64,000 nucleotides of DNA, taken from the NCBI GenBank assembly GCA_015067485.1, contig SVMJ01000002.1, positions 15,401 through 79,400 of the forward strand. Direction: 5' to 3'. The notes under the pieces are model-generated. The model saw only the letters and a list, made by a program, of their open reading frames with translations, made no database searches and was not told the origin of the DNA. This DNA is from Oscillospiraceae bacterium (GTDB lineage: Bacteria > Bacillota > Clostridia > Oscillospirales > JAAYXM01). Below, piece after piece: positions 19,723 through 27,366 of this stretch; the stretch's first letter is position 1, and each line of letters opens with the position of its first letter. The position numbers and the translations under genes are program-made.

Positions 19723-21818
19723 TATTCAACACCTCGGTAATATAGGCCGCGCGTGTAAATGGGCGGCTTAAAATCGTTCATGCCAAGATACCGCTCGTAA
19801 ACGTTCACACATTCCTTGGGATGCTCGGTGGTGAACATCAGTCTCGCATACGAGATACCGATCTTGGTATAGTCGCGCTTTTTATCCGCAAGGAAAAGTT
19901 TCTGCGCATTTAAGATCACGTTGCGGTGGGTATCCCCATCGCGCACGAGCGGAAACGCGGTTCCCGTGCGGTCGGTCAGATGCTGGGGTGTCGCGCACGC
20001 ACAGTTCCCCAGCGTATTTTTCACCACACAATGCTCCAGCAGCATCAGTTGCAGTCTGCCGTATGCCAAAATCTCGGTGTGGATCCCCTTGGAAATATCG
20101 CGAATCTGTGCAAACGAGAGTTCGGGAGAGAGTGTCAGGCTCTCAAACCCGTCTTGCTTGAGCTCACGCACAGTTTGGGAGTTAAATACATTCAGCCCAA
20201 AATCCCCGTGCAGGGTAAATCCGAATTTTTGCACCAGGTCGATATGCCCGATGTTCCCCACCATCGCGTGGCGCACCCCGCGGTCATACACCGCCTGCAA
20301 CTGCTTTGCCACATGCTGGGTCTCGTGTTCGCGGATGATACGGGGGAGCATCGCACACAGTTTGGTATACGCGCTCCACTTCCCGAGTTTTCCCAGATTT
20401 TTTACCATCTCGGAGAGCGGAACCATCAAAAACTCGGGCTGGTGGCGCAGGAGTTCTTCGGTTACCTGCTCTGCCGTGAGCACCGACACCGTGTACTTCA
20501 CCGGGAGATCCTCGTTCACCAAACGGATGCCCGGACGGAAGGGTTCACACGGACGGCGCGGCGGGTACATCCGCTGGCGCATCAGTTCTTCGGTACACTC
20601 GCGGCGCATCGCGTTGAGCGCGGAAAGCGGAAGCATCAGCCCTTCATCGAGCAGGACTTTTGCGGACTGATAGCCAAACGGGGTTCCGCCCGTCTTACGC
20701 AGTTGTTCACGCACGGTCTGTGCATCGAGCGGGTGGTTGACCGCAACTTCCGGCACAGGCCCTTGCACAATATGGCGCAACCCTTCGGTGTCTTCCGCCG
20801 CCAAAATCGTGGGCTTGTCTTTTTTGATGACACAGTAGAAGCGAATGCCGAGTGTCGGCTTTTCGCCCTGATAGGTTTTTCTGAGATCTTTATACATCGC
20901 CTGGGTATGCGCGGCATTTTCTTCAATGCGTGTGCCGAACATCTCCGCATCCACGTGGTTGGTGTAATACCCGTCGGTAAATCCTTCGCGGGAGAATACG
21001 CGCTCCAAAAATTCCATTTCATCGCGGGACGGTGCGCGGTCTTCCCGCAACAGGTTTGCATAGGTGCGAATGACCGCCGCCACGTACTCGGGGCGCTTCA
21101 TACGACCCTCGATCTTGATACTGCAAACTCCCATCTCACGCAGTTCGTGCAGGTATTCGGCAAGGCACAAATCCTTCAAGCTGAGCAAGTGTGCATCGTC
21201 CATACGGTCGCCCAGGCGGTAAGAGAGACGGCACGGCTGAGCGCAAAGCCCACGGTTTCCGCTGCGTTTTCCCACCACGCCCGAGAAATAGCACTGCCCG
21301 GAATAGCACATGCAAAGTGCGCCGTGGGCAAATACTTCGATCTCGATCGGGCTTTCCGCACAAATCTTGCGGATCTCATCACGCGAGAGTTCGCGTGAGA
21401 GTACCACGCGGGTAAATCCGTGTTCTGCCGCACGCTTCACCCCGTCTAAATTATGCACCGTCATCTGAGTCGACGCATGAATGGGAAGGTCGGGCACCAT
21501 CTGACGGATCATCCGCGCGATCCCGAGGTCTGCCACGATGATCGCATCCACCTGCAGATTGTTTAACTTCCGAACCGTCTTTTCCACCTCGAGCAGTTCA
21601 CGGTCGGTAACCAACGTGTTTAAGGTAACGTGAACTTTCACCCCGCGCGCACGGCAGTACTTCACCGCTTGCTCGAGTTCTTCCTCTGTAAAATTTTTCG
21701 CATTGCGGCGGGCGTTGAAATCCCCCACACCCAAATACACCGCATTTGCGCCGTTTTGCACCGCGGCGACCACCGCTTCGGGCGAGCCCGCAGGTGCCAA
21801 AAGTTCCAGCGTTTTCAT
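19722..21818 (-). CDS. U32-family peptidase-like protein (collagenase/RlhA-TrhP type)
   Basis: MKTLELLAPAGSPEAVVAAVQNGANAVYLG...E.F.HGA.C..YSG.C matches the U32 signature region. Confidence 0.85.
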   Translation of the reverse strand: MKTLELLAPAGSPEAVVAAVQNGANAVYLGVGDFNARRNAKNFTEEELEQAVKYCRARGVKVHVTLNTLVTDRELLEVEKTVRKLNNLQVDAIIVADLGIARMIRQMVPDLPIHASTQMTVHNLDGVKRAAEHGFTRVVLSRELSRDEIRKICAESPIEIEVFAHGALCMCYSGQCYFSGVVGKRSGNRGLCAQPCRLSYRLGDRMDDAHLLSLKDLCLAEYLHELREMGVCSIKIEGRMKRPEYVAAVIRTYANLLREDRAPSRDEMEFLERVFSREGFTDGYYTNHVDAEMFGTRIEENAAHTQAMYKDLRKTYQGEKPTLGIRFYCVIKKDKPTILAAEDTEGLRHIVQGPVPEVAVNHPLDAQTVREQLRKTGGTPFGYQSAKVLLDEGLMLPLSALNAMRRECTEELMRQRMYPPRRPCEPFRPGIRLVNEDLPVKYTVSVLTAEQVTEELLRHQPEFLMVPLSEMVKNLGKLGKWSAYTKLCAMLPRIIREHETQHVAKQLQAVYDRGVRHAMVGNIGHIDLVQKFGFTLHGDFGLNVFNSQTVRELKQDGFESLTLSPELSFAQIRDISKGIHTEILAYGRLQLMLLEHCVVKNTLGNCACATPQHLTDRTGTAFPLVRDGDTHRNVILNAQKLFLADKKRDYTKIGISYARLMFTTEHPKECVNVYERYLGMNDFKPPIYTRGLYYRGVE

Positions 21819-21829
21819 TCTCTATCTTC

Positions 21830-22117
21830 CTATCTTGCTTTCAATCGTTCAATTTCCGCTCTCATGCGAGCAATCTCTTCCACATTGCTTTTGATGGTCG
21901 CTCGCAAATCTTCCGCTGTTTCGAGCACTTTGTAATATTCATCGCCAATATTCATCCCCGCGAGGATCGCGGCTTCGACAATGGGAATGTTCCCCGCGCG
22001 CAGGATCTCTCCGATTTTGTAATCGAGATGCGCGGCAACCTTTTTAGTGTACTCCGCGTCTTCCGCACGGACGGTATATTCCGCCCCCGCGACGGTAAAA
22101 GAAACCGTTTCTTTCAT
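21830..22117 (-). CDS. zapA: Cell division protein ZapA
   Basis: MKETVSFTVAGAEYTVRAEDAEYTKKVAAHLDYKIGEI... with a C-terminal coiled coil. ATG at 22117 lies 8 nt after GGAGGG. Confidence 0.75.
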   Translation of the reverse strand: MKETVSFTVAGAEYTVRAEDAEYTKKVAAHLDYKIGEILRAGNIPIVEAAILAGMNIGDEYYKVLETAEDLRATIKSNVEEIARMRAEIERLKAR

Positions 22118-22252
22118 ATCAAAATCCCTCCGTTTTTTGAGGTGATACTTTCCCTTTTCTATCATACCAAATTTTTTGTCTCTTTTCCACCGTATCGAAA
22201 ACTTTTTTTGATTTATTTTTCATTTTGTTGTAAAATAATTTTTGGAAAATAC

Positions 22253-22327
22253 GCCGCTTTAGTTAAATGGATATAACAGCCCCCTCCTAAGGGGCAGTTG
22301 AGGGTTCGATTCCCCCAAGCGGTGCCA
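22253..22327 (+). tRNA. tRNA-Arg (anticodon CCT)
   Basis: Hand-folded cloverleaf: acceptor GCCGCTT/AAGCGGT, D stem GTTA/TAAC, anticodon stem GCCCC/GGGGC with loop CTCCTAA (U33, CCT, A37). T arm is GAGGG-TTCGATT-CCCCC with one A:C mismatch. The CCA is encoded. Confidence 0.8.
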
Positions 22328-22330
22328 GAA

Positions 22331-22360
22331 AAAACCTCGTTCTTCAAAACGAGGTTTTTT
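22331..22360 (+). terminator. Terminator after tRNA-Arg
   Basis: CCTCGT/ACGAGG stem preceded by an A-run and followed by T6. Confidence 0.65.
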
Positions 22361-22361
22361 C

Positions 22362-22508
22362 AATGATGTTTGCCTTTGGCAAATGATGACGCTTACGCTA
22401 ATGATGTTTCCTTCGGAAATGATGTCGGATTTGCCCAATTTTTGAAGTAAACATCGCATCATTGCGAGTAAAGCGAGCAACATCATTATGCTGAGCATAA
22501 CATCATAT
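22362..22508. repeat. Heptamer-repeat imperfect palindrome (AATGATG x4 forward, CATCATT x3 reverse)
   Basis: AATGATG at 22362, 22382, 22400 and 22418 (18-20 bp spacing). CATCATT at 22457 and 22481, and CATCAT at 22501. Mini-hairpins lie between copies (TTTGCC-TTT-GGCAAA, TTTCC-TTC-GGAAA, ATGCT-G-AGCAT). The reverse arm aligns unit by unit with the forward arm. Confidence 0.7.
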
Positions 22509-22578
22509 CGCCATCGACGATGCTTCTTACATGACCGGTCAGTCCATCGCGGTCGACGGCGGTTACACCACCCTGTGA
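22501..22578 (+). pseudogene. 3'-terminal remnant of a short-chain dehydrogenase/reductase gene
   Basis: The frame reads ..IDDASYMTGQSIAVDGGYTTL*, the conserved C-terminus of classical SDRs. In-frame stops lie immediately upstream (TGA 22492, TAA 22498). No N-terminal part is present, and its own terminator follows. Confidence 0.6.
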
Positions 22579-22595
22579 TTCTCTCATCTAACACA

Positions 22596-22627
22596 AAAAG
22601 CACTTGCGAAAGCAAGTGCTTTTTTTC
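22596..22627 (+). terminator. Terminator belonging to the SDR remnant
   Basis: AAAAAGCACTTGC-GAAA-GCAAGTGCTTTTTTT. Confidence 0.75.
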
Positions 22628-22679
22628 TTGAAAAACCTTATCACTTCCTGTAAAATGAAATTATATTGGAGGTGGTCTC

Positions 22680-23156
22680 ATGCAAACGGTCTATCAAAAA
22701 GCATATGCGCATCTTGCAAATGTCACCCCCATCCCCGCGGACTGCGGGATACTCTGCTCCTCCCGCTGCTGCAAGGGCGACAACAACCAAGGCATGATTT
22801 TGTTCCCGGGTGAAGCCGAATTTTTGGGCATCTCCGCACAAAAGCGTACCATGGGCGACACCGAAGTAGACTTCTTTGTGTGTGACGGCACGTGCAACCG
22901 CGCCCGCCGTCCGCTCTCCTGCCGCATCTTCCCGTTTGCACCCTATCTCAAAGATGGAGAACTCTCTGTCATTCCCGATCCGCGTGCACGCTTTTTGTGT
23001 CCGCTCCTGGAGGAAGAAGCGCTCCCGTTTGTGCAAAAAGAATTTATCACCGCGATCAAAACCGCGTTTACACTTCTTTGCGAAGATGCATCGATCCGTG
23101 GAATGCTCATCCAATATTCCGCAATGCTCGATGAATACAAACGGTTTACAAAATAA
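22680..23156 (+). CDS. Cysteine-cluster protein (YkgJ/UPF0153-like, putative Zn/Fe-chelating)
   Basis: 158-aa ORF with a GGAGGTGG RBS. Contains DCGILCSSRCCKG (C-x3-C-x3-CC) plus later CDGTC and C..FPF motifs. Family assignment is from memory of the CxxCxxCC domain only. Confidence 0.5.
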   Translation: MQTVYQKAYAHLANVTPIPADCGILCSSRCCKGDNNQGMILFPGEAEFLGISAQKRTMGDTEVDFFVCDGTCNRARRPLSCRIFPFAPYLKDGELSVIPDPRARFLCPLLEEEALPFVQKEFITAIKTAFTLLCEDASIRGMLIQYSAMLDEYKRFTK

Positions 23157-23171
23157 TTTTTAAAAAAACTG

Positions 23172-23200
23172 TTGACAAGTCAAAAATACAAGCGTATAAT
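23172..23200 (+). promoter_or_regulatory. Consensus sigma-A promoter of the T-box operon
   Basis: TTGACA (23172-23177), 17-nt spacer, TATAAT (23195-23200). Confidence 0.7.
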
Positions 23201-23206
23201 ACATTA

Positions 23207-23480
23207 CAAATTTGAATATCACAAAAAGACTGCGACGAAGACGGTCGGTTCGTGATGCTTTTAGAGAGTTGCCGGATGGTGCAAGGCAATAGCGGAGCGT
23301 TCCAATGGCTTATCACTTCTGAGTCGAAGGACCGAAAGCGAAAGTGAGTAGACTCCTTCCGTATTGCTGCGTAAAGGCAAAGGGCTTGTCAGAGCCCGGT
23401 GAGTGACGGATTTTCCGTAACTTGAGTGGTACCGCGGGTTGTAAGGCTCGTCTCAAGAAGATCTTGAGACGGGTTTTTTT
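23207..23480 (+). promoter_or_regulatory. T-box riboswitch leader (tRNA-sensing transcription attenuator)
   Basis: AG-bulge AGAGAG (23263-23268) is followed directly by hairpin TTGCC-GGATGGTGCAA-GGCAA carrying the distal-loop GGTGCAA motif. T-box core GAGTGGTACCGCGG lies at 23424-23437. Terminator CGTCTCAAG/CTTGAGACG plus T7 lies at 23447-23480. The terminator 5' arm CTCAAG can instead pair with CTTGAG of the T-box, forming the antiterminator. Confidence 0.85.
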
Positions 23481-23534
23481 GTTTTATTCAAATTCGTAAC
23501 TCATACTTGCGAAAATGAAAGGAGACAATCGAAA

Positions 23535-25829
23535 ATGGACTACAATCTGAAAGATGTTGCTGAGCGCATCAAGAATCTGCGTGAAGCGAAGGGCTTCAGC
23601 CCGGAAGAACTTGCAAAACTCACTGATATTTCCACCGAAGACTACTTGGTACTGGAGCAGGGTGAAACCGATTTCAGTTTCACTTTCATCTACAAATGTG
23701 CAAGAGCGTGCGGTGTCGACGTGGTCGACCTGCTCGAAGGCACCAGTTCTACCCTGTCGTCTTTCACCGTTACCCGCAAAGGGCAGGGTGCAAAGATCCT
23801 CAAAAAGCACGGGGTGGTCTACGATAACCTCGCCCCCAAGTTCAAAGGCAAACTCGCAGAGCCGTTCCTTGTCACCTTCCCCTATTTGGAAGAAGAGCAG
23901 AACGCGCCCATGAAATTAAACTCCCACAAGGGTCAGGAGTTTGACGTCATCGTCAAAGGCTCGCTCAAAGTCCAGGTGGGAAACCATGTGGAAGTCTTAA
24001 ATGAAGGCGACTCCATTTTCTATAACAGTACGCTTCCGCACGGCATGATCGCGGTAAGCGAAGGCGGCTGCGAATTCTACGCGGTGGTCTTAAACCCGAA
24101 AGACGGCTCGATCGAAGAAGATCCCGAAACCCCGTTCATCGTCTCCAAGTCTGCGGAAAAAGTCGTAATGAGAACCGTTGCGGATGATTTTGTGGAGTCT
24201 TCTTACGATGAAAACGGCGTTTTCTCCGGCATTTCTTTCAAAAACGATGACAAATTCAACTTCGCATTTGACTGTGTGGACGCAATCGCGGAAAAAGACC
24301 CCGACAAACTCGCAATGATGTGGGTGGCAAACGACAAGTCCGACCGCAAGTTCACCTTCTCGGACATGAAGAAATACTCGGCAAAGACCGCAAACTACTT
24401 TGAATCCCTCGGCATCAAAAAGGGCGACACGGTTATGCTGGTCTTAAAGCGTCACTACCAATTCTGGTTCTGTATGCTCGCATTGCATAAGATCGGCGCA
24501 ATCGCGATCCCCGCAACCAATCAGCTCGTCGAACATGACTTCACCTACCGTTACAAAGCGGCAAAAGTTAAGGCAATCGTCTGTACTGCAGACGGATCTG
24601 TCTCGGACGAAGCAGAAAAAGCAGCAGCAGAATTCCCGGGTATGGTCAAAGTTTTGGTCGGCGGCAAGAAAGACGGTTGGAACGACTTTAACGTGGAAAT
24701 GGAGCGTTTCAGCACCAACTATCCGCGCAAAGCAGACTCTCCCTGCGGCAATGACCCCATGCTCATGCTCTTTACATCCGGCACTACGGGCTATCCGCGC
24801 ATCGCGACCCATTCGTATAAATACGCGCTCGGTCATTATCCCACTGCAAAGCATTGGCACAACGTAAACCCGAACGGGCTGCACTTCACCATTTCGGATA
24901 CCGGCTGGGGCAAGGCGCTCTGGGGCAAACTTTACGGACAGTGGCTGTGCGAAGCGGCAGTCTTCACCTATGACTTTGACCGTTTCCACTCGGATGACAT
25001 CCTGCCCATGTTTGCAAAATACAACATCACCACATTCTGTGCACCGCCCACCATGTACCGCTTCTTCATCAAGGAAGACCTGTCCAAGTATGACTTGTCC
25101 TCCATCGAATATGCGACCACCGCGGGTGAAGCGCTCAACCCGGAAGTCTTCAATCAGTTCAAGAAAGCCACCGGACTCACCATCATGGAAGGCTTCGGGC
25201 AGACCGAAACCACCCTTTCTATCGCAAACTTTGTGGGCTCTACATCCAAAGTCGGTTCCATGGGCAAGCCCAGCCCGCTCTATGACGTTGCGATCTTAGA
25301 CCCGGATGGAAACGAATGCAAGACCGGTGATACCGGTGAGATCTGCATCCGCACCAAAGACGGCGCACCCTGCGGTCTGTTCATCGGCTATTATCTGGAC
25401 GAAGAAAAGACCAATGAAGTCTGGCACGACGGCTACTATCATACCGGTGACCAGGCAACCATGGACGAAGACGGATACCTTTGGTATGTCGGTCGTATCG
25501 ACGACGTCATCAAATCCTCGGGTTACCGCATCGGTCCGTTTGAGATCGAAAGCGTCATCATGGAACTCCCCTACGTACTCGAATGTGCGATCACCCCTGT
25601 CCCCGACGAAGTCCGCGGACAGATCGTCAAAGCCACCATCGTACTCACCAAGAACACGGTCGGCACCGACGACCTCAAAAAGGAAATTCAGGAATATGTC
25701 AAAACCCACACCGCGCCGTACAAGTACCCGCGCATCGTGGAATTTGTTGACGAACTCCCGAAAACCATCAGCGGCAAGATCCGCCGCGTCGAGATCCGCA
25801 AGAAAGACACCGAAAATCTGGGTAAATAG
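23535..25829 (+). CDS. Fusion protein: XRE-type HTH + cupin domain + AMP-forming acyl-CoA synthetase (ANL superfamily)
   Basis: N-terminal HTH (LKDVAERIKNLREAKGFSPEELAKLTDISTEDYLVLEQG). Cupin (HKGQEFDVIVKGSLKVQVGNHVEVLNEGDSIFYNSTLPHGM). ANL motifs LMLFTSGTTGYPR, YGQTE-like GFGQTET, YHTGD, SSGYRIGPFEIE and PKTISGKIRR. AAAGGAGA RBS. Confidence 0.8.
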   Translation: MDYNLKDVAERIKNLREAKGFSPEELAKLTDISTEDYLVLEQGETDFSFTFIYKCARACGVDVVDLLEGTSSTLSSFTVTRKGQGAKILKKHGVVYDNLAPKFKGKLAEPFLVTFPYLEEEQNAPMKLNSHKGQEFDVIVKGSLKVQVGNHVEVLNEGDSIFYNSTLPHGMIAVSEGGCEFYAVVLNPKDGSIEEDPETPFIVSKSAEKVVMRTVADDFVESSYDENGVFSGISFKNDDKFNFAFDCVDAIAEKDPDKLAMMWVANDKSDRKFTFSDMKKYSAKTANYFESLGIKKGDTVMLVLKRHYQFWFCMLALHKIGAIAIPATNQLVEHDFTYRYKAAKVKAIVCTADGSVSDEAEKAAAEFPGMVKVLVGGKKDGWNDFNVEMERFSTNYPRKADSPCGNDPMLMLFTSGTTGYPRIATHSYKYALGHYPTAKHWHNVNPNGLHFTISDTGWGKALWGKLYGQWLCEAAVFTYDFDRFHSDDILPMFAKYNITTFCAPPTMYRFFIKEDLSKYDLSSIEYATTAGEALNPEVFNQFKKATGLTIMEGFGQTETTLSIANFVGSTSKVGSMGKPSPLYDVAILDPDGNECKTGDTGEICIRTKDGAPCGLFIGYYLDEEKTNEVWHDGYYHTGDQATMDEDGYLWYVGRIDDVIKSSGYRIGPFEIESVIMELPYVLECAITPVPDEVRGQIVKATIVLTKNTVGTDDLKKEIQEYVKTHTAPYKYPRIVEFVDELPKTISGKIRRVEIRKKDTENLGK

Positions 25830-25836
25830 GGTATTG

Positions 25837-25868
25837 TTAAGCCGCAAGGAAAATTCCTTGCGGCTTAA
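25837..25868 (+). other. Intercistronic 13-15 bp stem-loop between the two T-box operon genes
   Basis: TTAAGCCGCAAGG..CCTTGCGGCTTAA is a perfect inverted repeat. It is not followed by a U-tract. Confidence 0.5.
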
Positions 25869-25888
25869 TTAAAAGAGAGGTGATTTCT

Positions 25889-27328
25889 GTGAAAAAAACA
25901 TATGTAACGTCTATGCCCAATCATATCGGGGCATTTTTGAAAGCAAGCACGTGTTTTTCTCGGCTGGGCATCAATATTACACGCGTAAGTTATAACAAAG
26001 CAGTTGATTCACACACGTTGTTTATTGATGCCGAAGGATGTGACGAGCAACTGAAAAAAGCAGATGAAGAACTCGAAAAAATCGGCTATCTGCCGACCGG
26101 GGTCAGCAAAACGAGCATTGTTTTAATCGAGTTTTGTCTCCCGGATGTTCCGGGGAGCGTAACCAACGTCCTGGAACTCATCAATCAATTTAACTTCAAC
26201 ATATCCTACATCAGTTCGCAGGAAAACGGAACCGATTACCAGTATTTCAAAATGGGGTTATACGTTGAAGCGTACGATAAAATAGCAGAGTTCTTAAAGG
26301 AAGCAGAAAAACTTTGCAAAGTTCGCGTGATAGATTACAACAGTTCGGAAAAAGTGTATGATAACAGTATTTTTTATAATACCTACGTTTTGGGTCTGTC
26401 CAAAGTTGTGGGGCTTTCCGAAGACATGAGCCGTGAACTTTTGGTGCAAGTAAACCTTGCAATGCAAACGTTGGATGAACAAGGGCTGTCTCCATACCGT
26501 ACATTTGACAGTATCAGTAAATTCGCAGAACTTTTGGGTGCTTCTCAAGGCAAAAATTTCAGTCCCCGCACGAGTGTACATAAGATAACCGACCAAACCG
26601 AAATAACGCTCATAGAACCGCCTTGCGGAAGCAACACACTCATCATCAACAGTTGCGGCAAAGTTCTGTTTGTCGATAGCGGATATGCCTGCTATCGATC
26701 GGAGATGCTTGAAATTTTCAAAAAACTCATGCCCGATTTTGACCATATGGAAAAAACCGTTCTCATTACGCACGCAGATGTGGATCATTGCGGACTGCTG
26801 CCGCTTTTCGATACTGTGATCGCAAGCAAAAAAACGGCACGCTGTCTTGAAAATGAGTATCTGGGAAAAAACGGATATCGAGAAGAAAATCCACTCCACA
26901 AGCCGTATATCAACATTTGCAAGATTCTCACATCATATGAGGCGGTGAACCCGAACAAACTCAAGCCTATGTGGAACGATACCGAGACACCGACCGAGCC
27001 GCTGACGCAAATCGGATTTTTTGATTTCGGAGAACTGCATTTTGAAGTTTATGAAGGGAAAGGCGGTCATCTCCCGGGCGAGATCGTTCTGATCGATTAT
27101 GCAAAGCATCTTGCGATCACGGGCGATATTTACATCAATACCCATGGTCTCACCGCAAAACAAGCGGAATACAATCAGTATGCCCCGATCCTGATGACCT
27201 CGGTCGACACAGACCCAAAACTGTGTTCCGAAGAGCGAACTGCAATTCTTGAGCGCCTTGGTGTAGGGAATTGGCAGATCTTTGGTGCACATGGATTCAA
27301 AAAGGACTACTCGGTCAAATTCCAATAA
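25889..27328 (+). CDS. Tandem ACT-domain + metallo-beta-lactamase-fold protein
   Basis: Two ACT-like modules (MPNHIGAFLKASTCFSRLGINITRVSY.. and LPDVPGSVTNVLELINQFNFNISYISS..). These are followed by an MBL fold with ITHADVDHCG (HxHxDH) and later H/D ligands. GTG at 25889 lies 8 nt after AGAGAGG. Confidence 0.7.
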   Translation: MKKTYVTSMPNHIGAFLKASTCFSRLGINITRVSYNKAVDSHTLFIDAEGCDEQLKKADEELEKIGYLPTGVSKTSIVLIEFCLPDVPGSVTNVLELINQFNFNISYISSQENGTDYQYFKMGLYVEAYDKIAEFLKEAEKLCKVRVIDYNSSEKVYDNSIFYNTYVLGLSKVVGLSEDMSRELLVQVNLAMQTLDEQGLSPYRTFDSISKFAELLGASQGKNFSPRTSVHKITDQTEITLIEPPCGSNTLIINSCGKVLFVDSGYACYRSEMLEIFKKLMPDFDHMEKTVLITHADVDHCGLLPLFDTVIASKKTARCLENEYLGKNGYREENPLHKPYINICKILTSYEAVNPNKLKPMWNDTETPTEPLTQIGFFDFGELHFEVYEGKGGHLPGEIVLIDYAKHLAITGDIYINTHGLTAKQAEYNQYAPILMTSVDTDPKLCSEERTAILERLGVGNWQIFGAHGFKKDYSVKFQ

Positions 27329-27366
27329 AAATATCCCCGATCAGAAATGATCGGGGATATTTTTTA
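27327..27366. terminator. Bidirectional terminator shared by convergent genes
   Basis: ATATCCCCGATC-AGAAAT-GATCGGGGATAT, flanked by A5 and T5. Confidence 0.75.

Noticed and set aside
19926-21398. 490-aa ORF on the plus strand (and the overlapping 249-aa ORF at 19921-20670)
   Set aside because: It is antisense to the U32 peptidase gene, which carries clear family motifs.
22362-22508. Possible CRISPR array
   Set aside because: The conserved unit is only 7-9 nt at an 18-20 bp period, and half the copies are inverted. No cas genes lie nearby. This does not match CRISPR repeat-spacer geometry.
22259-22615. 118-aa ORF on the minus strand
   Set aside because: It overlaps the tRNA-Arg gene, two terminators and the heptamer-repeat block. 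The sequence is better explained by those elements.
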